Assembly: GCA_037379345.1 (NCBI GenBank)
Contig: CM074511.1
Span: forward strand, 21,018,001-21,082,000
From: Perna viridis
Taxonomy: Eukaryota
Length of the DNA: 64,000 bases
Direction: 5' to 3'
The position numbers and the translations under genes were made by a program. A model generated the notes under the pieces. The model searched no databases, was not told the origin of the DNA, and worked only from the letters and a program-made list of their open reading frames with translations. Positions 55,683 through 64,000 of the stretch are shown here, piece after piece (the first letter of the stretch is position 1; every line of letters starts with the position of its first letter).

Positions 55683-56454
55683 GTTAGTAACAATTAAAAC
55701 AGTAAATATTTACTTTTATTTCTATGTTTCTTACCCAATGGTGGTTGTCGATTTTAATAAATTATCAAAATTAATTTGTGATTACAGGTACATAAACTTT
55801 ACTTTATGACTTTAATTTTGTAATTTGGTAAAAGACATTGCTTAACTTTTACGCTTAGAATCCCTAAAAAGAAGCCCAAATCTCACATATTTTCATTTCG
55901 TGTCTCGCTCCGAATACATTTATTACATATTCCGATACATCTGTAAATATTGTTGAGACCGTTTTGACCACCAGTATGTTTACACACATTATTATTCTTT
56001 ATCGATTCTACGGACGAAAATTAACAACCTCGTTGGCTTGTTAAAAAATTAGATATAAGAATTTGAAAAAGTAATGTTAAACATTGTTTTTTACGCGGGA
56101 AAATAACATATATCTGTTTGTTTACCCAATCAGCTGGTGGTGCGAGTAAATAATGCTACAATAAGGATAATCCTATCTAAGGAAATACTGTCTGTAGTTT
56201 TCCAAATCGAAAGGGAAATACTACTGGTTTTGCAAAGGTGAAAAATAAAGTAAAATTTTGACATTTGTTGGGATAAGTTTGGGAAAATGTAGTTCCGTGA
56301 TTTTGAAGGCACCCTGTGTAAATATGAAAATATATTGGGAAAAAATATTTTTAAAAAATGTAATAACATTGATTTTCCAACAAAAGGTTTACCTTCAGTA
56401 GAAAAGTTGAATCCGGTTAGATGTATTGTGAAATAGATTTTCAATCTTTTTTAG

Positions 56455-56851
56455 CCACAAACGAAAAAGCCGGGTTTCAGAATTTATAGAAAGTCAAGAC
56501 AGATATGGAGATTCTTGTGGACCTTGTTGTGGTTTCGTAGACTACAAGGGATGCTGTTCTCTCTTCGGTTGTTGTGGATTCTTTGGATGTTGTGGTGGTT
56601 TTTGTGGTTGTTGCCGATGTTGCCGAGAGTTTCCAGGGGACACTGGTCCGGAATCATCAAACCATAATAATGTCAACCAACAGGGCAATAAACCAAGGAA
56701 AAAGAAAGTGTCCGTCAGGCAAACACAGACTTCACCGACGCCTACAGATTCGTCATATATACACGACGAAAAGAAGAAAATAGCAAAGGTCCTTAATGCT
56801 TGGATGCCACATTCACATACTGTACGAAACATAAACACCAGCACAAAATGA
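56455..56851 (+). CDS. Locus E tail exon T1 (Cys/Gly-rich); V+TM+T1 gives about 226 aa
   Basis: tcttttttag|, phase 2, matching the TM donor. Encodes HKRKSR...GPCCGFVDYKGCCSLFGCCGFFGCCGGFCGCCRCCR...RQTQT...AWMPHSHTVRNINTSTK-TGA. Confidence 0.88.
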
Positions 56852-57022
56852 ATTATGACAAAGAACAAACCAGAACAGAACTATTGCCCTGAACAAGTTA
56901 TAGTTCGAAAAAATTAATGTTAAAGTTTTATAGTAGTATGAAAACTATTAGCATCTCAACTTTTTCTAAATTTGAATATGATATGTTTATTTATCGCACC
57001 GCAGTCCATTTTTTACAGGATG

Positions 57023-57053
<31 letters not shown>

Positions 57054-57420
57054 TTCAAAATAATATAACTTATCTTCTCCTTTCATGGTTATTGGGCATT
57101 CTTCTCTTTTTGCTTCTGGCAATCTTTTTTTTTATGTATTTCATCAAAGTGAATGTCGCATCAAGAAATTACAGGTTCTTTAGTGTTTCGATCGATTATT
57201 TTTTATAAAATTTACAAATCTTCAAAAAGAACTACTTACGAAAATGTTAATCATAGAAACTTCCTGCTTTACGATAGTCTATTGAAGCATGCAATATTCT
57301 TACTTCGCTTTTTGTGCAACTTTTTTCTGGTTTCGGTTTACACACTCGTGTTATTTAACGCACCCTAGCTAGTTCCTAATGTGGTGTATAGTCACACTGT
57401 CTATTTCATTCTCGTTTCAG

Positions 57421-57648
57421 ATGGACGGGGTATATATTATTTCTAATAACATTGATTCTACACATATTGTAAAACAGAAACCGAAGAAAGTTCATACGTC
57501 TGCTACACAGACCTATCCCATGTCACGTGATTTAGAAAATTCATTTGTGACACAGGAAAAGGATAATAAGAAGAAAACCGCCAAAGTTTTAAAAGCTTGG
57601 ATGCCTCATACACACGATCTCCGAGCAATAAATACCAGCACGAAGTAA
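57421..57648 (+). CDS. Locus E second tail exon T2 (splice partner unresolved)
   Basis: Strong acceptor ctatttcattctcgtttcag|, phase 0. Encodes MDGVY...SATQTYP...KKTAKVLKAWMPHTHDLRAINTSTK-TAA. Confidence 0.75.
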   Translation: MDGVYIISNNIDSTHIVKQKPKKVHTSATQTYPMSRDLENSFVTQEKDNKKKTAKVLKAWMPHTHDLRAINTSTK

Positions 57649-58849
57649 ACAAATCGGATATAACTTTCATTTAAATAATTCCAAGAAAGATACGGTAGAC
57701 AAATTAGTGTGTTCCATGATATACGAACGTTCGAAGGTCTCATATTGTTAACTTATTCTGTTTATAAGCAACAACACACATTTATTTGAATATGACTAAC
57801 GTAGAAGTGTCGCTTATAGGTCCATGTGTTTTCTTTGTTTTAGACATGTGTATTTTGTTCTTTAACTGTTTTTTTTTTATTCATCATGTATTGCCATTTC
57901 TGCCCTCTTTTTTATTTTCGTATTAGATTATTTCTATTTTGATTATTTGCTATGTTTATTTCGTACTCATTCATAGCTACATTTTTGTAGTGAACTCTTA
58001 TTACTTGTTTATGGGTAAAGATTTGGTGCATTTAATCAGTATTATGACTTCTTCTAAATTTAATTTTGTATTGTTTTGTTTTAGCTGATATATTTTGGAG
58101 ACAACTTTTTTTTCTTTTCAATTATCACAATGTGTGCGAACAAAGCTTTTTTTCCTTTTAAAAACAGTAAGTGCTGTGTTAACTTCGTTTTATGACTAAA
58201 AAATAAAGTTTCTAAAATCTCTTTCTATGTTTTATGTATGATATTTCTGAATGTATAAAATCTAATATTTTACATGGACAAAAAAAAACGAAATTGAAAT
58301 CCTGTAATAAAGGTAAGATATCCTGTGTTTAAGCCTTATCTGAAAATATTATTATTTTGCATTAGGTGTACATACTAAGCGACGTCAATCGGTTTGTTTA
58401 AAGACGGAAAGAAAAAAAAACAGGATTAAACTTGGGTAAAAAATACTACGTGAAACAACCACTGAAACGCTGAAAAACGTAAAATCTTTCGGAATGTTGG
58501 CAAGGATTGCAGCCATGATAATAGTTTTCTCCTTTCTCGTTAAGTTCATATTATGTCTGCTGGTATAATGATTTATTGCAAGTGTTAAACCACACTGCAC
58601 CCATTTCTGTACATACTGCAATGATGCATACCTTATCGAGTCGTACATTGAAAAGGTAGAGGAAATTGTTACACAAGATAAACGTTTTTAATAAGAAGAA
58701 CAAATATTATTTATTGAATATTCATGAAGATGGTGTGTTTCTTAAATAATTCTGAGTCGTTTTAAGTTCAAATGGAGATACTTTTTGTCAAATTAATTTT
58801 TAGAGTTTTTCCTTAAAACTAACACTCTGTATGAATGAGGAAGAAATGC

Positions 58850-59085
58850 CTAAAATGCTTAAGTTAATCTGGACTATCTTGCTTAACCTAATCTGGACAA
58901 AAATGCTGTAATTTACCTGGACTAAAATGCTTAACTTAACACTAAAATGCTTAATTTCATCTGAACTCAATTTCCTTAACTTAACCTAGACAAAAGTGCT
59001 TAACCTAATCTGGACTGAAATACTGAATTTAACCTGAACTAAAATGCTTAACTTAACACTAAATTGCTTAACTTAACCTGGACTA
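58850..59085. repeat. Degenerate minisatellite, about 22-bp unit
   Basis: Variants of aaaatgcttaacttaacctggact, about 10 copies. Confidence 0.85.
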
Positions 59086-60162
59086 TAAAACTTTGACTTC
59101 TTCTATCAGTTTGATAGTACTTGTTCACATTAATCATTCTTAAATTAAGTTGGGCTTTTCTATCAACACATTAAAACGGAAAGCGATTCTTTTTAGTTAA
59201 TTCAAACATTTTTTTTTAATTTTCTTATTTTTTGCTTTTTTTTTTATTTGTTTAAATGCTTGTTTAGCATTATCATTATTTATTTTTGTTTTAACCATAG
59301 AACGGCATCAATATCCAAGTTTTGCATTTTTTATCTAAATTTAAACAACCCTCAAGAGAAATTTTCACAACTTTTAATCAAGATCAATCTGTCAGGTCAC
59401 AAGTTCAACTTCATACATTATACATTATAGCAAATAATACTTATTAGCTTTAAAAAAGCATGATAAATCCCTAGTAATTTGTAAATGTTTAACTAGATCT
59501 TTTAGCGTTTATATTGTATGTTCTTATATAATCCACAAGTTTACTCTAACTGTACAGTATTGTACGAAGTGAACTTGAAAAGAAGATCGCCAATATTTTG
59601 TATATACACTTAAAATGATATAGAATGCATTTAAAAATCTTGACCTAGTAAGTTACTATTTATTTAAACAAAAAGTATTTAGTATGCAAACACGCTAATT
59701 AAAATATCTTCACTTCTTACCTTCGTTAGAGGTTAAGTTTAAGTTAAGCCTTTATAAGAAATACATTGCTCCGAATGGCTTAATTAGTCCAAAGAACGCA
59801 GCTATCTATGTTTATGTGACGGCGTTGTTGGACACTTCTTCCTCGTAAAATAATACAAAAACATTTCGACTTGTTAGCACGATAATGAAAAAATGAATAC
59901 AATTTGGTAAAGGTTTTATTGACCTTTTGTGTTTTCTTCTGTTTCAATATCTTTATTTGCAGATGTATTATCAATTTGTTTTCTTTATAGTTTTGGTAGT
60001 TTAGTTTTTAAAGAAGTATTTTCTCGAGTAAAAGCAAGGAGCCCGCGATTATAAAGAAGAAATCATAATCCGGAGACAAAGACTTGACATAAAAAAAAAC
60101 AGACCAAAAATGAATAACAGAAATAAAATAAAAAGAATACACAAAGAAGCCAAAGAACGAAC

Positions 60163-60470
60163 TAGCAATCCTGACTCCAGTAACAAAACAGTGTATTGAC
60201 CATGTGTAATTAGCAATCCTGACTCCAGTAACAAAAACAGTGTATTGACCATGTGTAATTAGCATATCCTGACTCCAGTAACAAAATCAGTGTACTGACC
60301 ATGTGTAATTATCAATCCTGACTCCAGTAACAAAAACAGTGTATTGACTATGTGCAATTAGCAATTCTGACTCCAGTAACAAAAACAGTGTATTGACCAT
60401 GTGCAATTAGCAATCCTGGCTCAAGTAACGATACAGCGTACTGACCATGTGTAATTATCAATCCTGACTA
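60163..60470. repeat. About 49-bp tandem repeat, about 6 copies
   Basis: Unit tagcaatcctgactccagtaacaaaaacagtgtattgaccatgtgtaat. Confidence 0.93.
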
Positions 60471-60869
60471 GAGTAGTTGCAAGCATTTTTCCCTAGTTCT
60501 GTCATGTAAAAGACGATACGTGTAGTGCAATTATGCTTCCATTCCAACATGAAACCTTGACCTTTTTAAAGCTACATTTTTATTTACATTCGAATCATTC
60601 TGAACCCATTTTATACTTAACGATAGTTAATCAGTAATAAGTCCGTTCTCAATCTGTCACATATTTCCTACTACCAGTGTTTAGAGTACTTACTTCGGTA
60701 AAATAAAAATCAAAGTCATACCCCTGACTGAACAAAAACTCTAGCATAAATGAGTCTGTTAACAAAAAAATATCCAATTTTTGATATCCGGGTCTAATCG
60801 AATGCAGACTAAGAAAATGAAAAAAATTATATGACAAAGAACAATAACATGTAATGTGAAGTTCCTGGA

Positions 60870-62390
60870 TTTTCAGCATGCGTTGAACAAACAAGCATCA
60901 TTTCACGGCTGATAATGGAAGCTAAGGTAAATAAAACAATTTGACAGTGATATGGTTGGATACAGCAAAGCATGTGGAACCATCCCGCATATGCTGATTG
61001 AAGAGTCAGTGAAACATTATCACATACCTGAGCACTTTAGAAGAATCATTAAGAGCTATTTCAATGGCATCAGTCTGCGGTTTACAACAAAAAGTTAACA
61101 GCAACTTGGCAGAAAAAGTTGAAGGGCATTGTTACTGGATGTAACATCTTAGTTATTCTATTTGTCATTGGAATAAACATGATTATATAATCAAGAAACA
61201 GAGAAACCAGAGGACCAAAAACTTCAAATAACATTAGACGACCACCAAACAGAGGTTTTATGGATTACTTTAACATTCATACAGATACCCTTGTATGAGG
61301 AACATCGACAAGACACGTTTACCAGGGAAGGTTAAGGCGCGGATGTATCAGCGTGGATTATTACCAAAGAAAGCATGGCTACTTATGCTCTACGAAATTA
61401 CATTGACAGCAGTAGAGAAGCTTTTAAGAAACATCAACAAACATGTAAGAGAATGGCTGGGTGTAACACTAAATATTACACGAATACGCGTGTACAGCAA
61501 AACCACCAAGTGACAACTCCCATTTACATCATTAGTCGAAGAATTTTAGGTTGGGAAAGCAAGACTTGTAATGACCTTGAAAGATTCTAAAGATGAAAAG
61601 GTAGGAATAGCTGGGTGGAAGTAACGACAGGAACCGTATCAGTAGGACGGCAAGGCTTAGGCACATCAAAAGTCTGCTACTGGAAGGAGGCAACCAAACA
61701 AAAGAGACGAAACATTGTCCAAGGAAAAATAAAATTTATGATAGGAATCAAATCAACGTACACTTTCTTGGTCAGACATAAGACAGTATCCGTAATTCCA
61801 ACTTCAATTCCTCTTTAGATCAGTCTATGACTTGCAACTAATACCAGCAAATTTAAACAGATGGAACCTGACAGACACGCCAGATTACCCTCTGTGTGGA
61901 AACGGGAACTTTACAACACATCCTCACAACATGCACCATCGCTTTAGCCCAGGGAAGGTACACAACCAGGTACTAGTACTCCGGGAGTTGGCAGAAGTGG
62001 TAGAAAAACAGAGGTAGGATGTAAAATACCAGATACAAAAGCCATGACATATACAGTTTGTGAAAAAAGGCGAAACAGGGAAAAAAAAGAGCATAAGACC
62101 TCAGGAATTCTGGATCAGGATAGAGAGTGGCTGCTAGAGGTAGACTTAGAAGTTAAAATTCCCTGAAATAGTACCAATCAATCCAGACTTGATTCTTTGG
62201 TCGACGAGGACCAAGAAAGATAGTCAATGGACATTTCAATGGGAAAACAGATGATGCGAATCGAATGAAAGAAAAAGAGCTAAGTACAGGGAATTTATGG
62301 CACAATGTAGAGACAAAGGTTTGGCAAACGAAACATTGGATGTAGAGGATTTCCTGCACATTCATTGTGGCGACTGTTTTCCGCAGTGGG
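60870..62390 (+). mobile_element. Decayed non-LTR retrotransposon with restriction-like endonuclease (Hero/R2-group-like)
   Basis: Remnants VIWLD...IPH, GIVTGC, RGFMD, NLNRWNL...PLCG, HNQVL..RELA and PDLILWS, with many stops and frameshifts. Confidence 0.75.
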
Positions 62391-64000
62391 AATGACTGTG
62401 CGATGTAGGGTGCATTATTATTATTTTTTGTAGAATTGTTAACTTGATTCTTGGACACATTCCTGGTGTCCGCTTTCTTCTCTTATTTCAATAATTTATG
62501 GTGTTTTATTGAGATTTTCATCTTTACTACTACCTCAATGTAGGAACAATACTTTTTTTTCAATCTATTTTTTTAGTGACAATCTATTTTTTTTCTCGCT
62601 AGAAACGTCATCTTTTTCCACTGCCTGGCTGTGATGGGTAAAGTTCAAAGAGAGATAACTCAATTGTGAAAGAAAGTTTTCTGTGAGCTTTTATTTTACA
62701 AGTATTCATATTTAAATCCTATATATGTATATTGATTTGACCAATGTGAGCCATTAAAGTACACTAGTATACATGTAAAATTCCAAAGAATAAGATTTAC
62801 AAGAATTTTGAACACGAAGCTAAACAAAAATACATAAATATCAAACCCATCCCTTGCAGATAATTCAAACAAAACTGGTCTTCTGTCTCAGTACGTCGAA
62901 AAAAAAACAGACACAGACTTTTTGTTTACATTGTGTGAACTATATATAGTCAGATGAATACTAGTATCACAATACTAAATGTTAAAGGTTAAAGAAGAAA
63001 CAAATAAAATAATGAAATTAACGGAGCTCATTAGAAAACACAGATAAAAACTAAGATAAAAAGCACAGATTGCACTGAGAATTTGTGAATTAGGTTTATC
63101 AATGGGTTGGACATCCTAATTAAGGTATAAACAACTGTTATACGTGTTAATCAAATACGAAAAAAACTATATAAAATCTGAAAATATCGGTATGCTATAC
63201 ACCATGGTTCAAGAAGTAATCCCTCATCGGCAACATAAGAACTACATACATGGGAAGATCGAGATCTTAAAAAAACAATTGTATAAAGCACAGTAGATCG
63301 GAAAAAGGGCCAAATCAAGTGCTAGTAAGTAATACTATGTACAATAAAATAAAATGATGCCTCATTGATTTGGAGGGTTTTGATCTTGATACGCAACTTG
63401 AAATGATGACTTAAATTCCCACAATAATACATGAATCAGTGAAACAATCGCGGAATTAACATACTGAAATAGAAGGAAATGTTGTAATTCGTTGTAATTA
63501 GTGTTCAACTAATTTTGTGAAATGCAGTCTGAAAGTCCGTCGATGCATCCATTTAGCATTCAAGAAGGGAAAACGGCGTGTGTGTAGTTTCAAAATTTTG
63601 TTAAAATTGACAACACCAGTAATAAATCAACTGATCGATTGATTGTGGTTTTATATCCATTGAAAGAAATTTTAAGCATTTAAGAACAAGAAGGTTTGAA
63701 CAATCGAACAACCGTGTATTAGTCCGAGCTAGTCAACAGAAGCAACAGACCGTAGGTAAGCTTGTCATCCCAGTCCGGGATGAAATCCAAGTGAAAACTT
63801 CGTAAATATTTTATATATGTCTGAACTCCTGGGAAGAATTCAGTGTACTTTTAAACCTATTTTCAATAAATTGCCACTGAAGTCATATTTTATCGATGGC
63901 AAAGGAATACGTTTTGACATCTAAGATAATTCGAAATCAAATTAATTACGCGGTTTATCCCTGAGGATACACCTTGACCGTAACTTGCCGAGATATATAA

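Noticed and set aside
56134-56237. Possible extra linker exon (cag|C-W-W-C-E ... aag|gtgaaa)
   Set aside because: TAA occurs after five codons and the alternative frame also has stops; at best a pseudo-exon.
56542-56868. Minus-strand 108-aa ORF
   Set aside because: It is the antisense shadow of tail exon T1.
60163-60470. CRISPR-like periodicity
   Set aside because: Contiguous units with no spacers; it is a minisatellite.

Overview
This is AT-rich, intron-containing eukaryotic DNA. The repeat content (Penelope-like retroelements, Helentron-type HINEs, SINE-like repeats) suggests a mollusc, probably a bivalve; this is an inference. All host genes I could reconstruct lie on the + strand and belong to one small tandem family. 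Each encodes an ATG-initiated single Sushi/CCP domain with no visible signal peptide (exon ends phase 1), one transmembrane exon (phase 1 to 2, followed by Cys and basic residues), and a low-complexity cytoplasmic tail. Every tail ends in the same 16-residue motif W-[MK]-P-x5-R-x-[IF]-N-T-S-T-K-stop (six copies). Gene A is 5'-truncated (640-801). Genes B (7297-10283), C (12174-14876) and D (15254-16651) are compact and self-contained. Locus E (27101-57648) is different: three intact, roughly 55%-identical, 193-nt ATG-initiated Sushi exons lie about 9 kb apart, followed by one clear TM exon and two tail exons. This looks like a variable-exon/constant-exon design reminiscent of clustered protocadherins or UGT1A. 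The rest of the window is decayed transposons and minisatellites. Most entries in the ORF track are spurious. All gene models were built by hand from GT-AG sites and reading-frame phase and need transcript confirmation.
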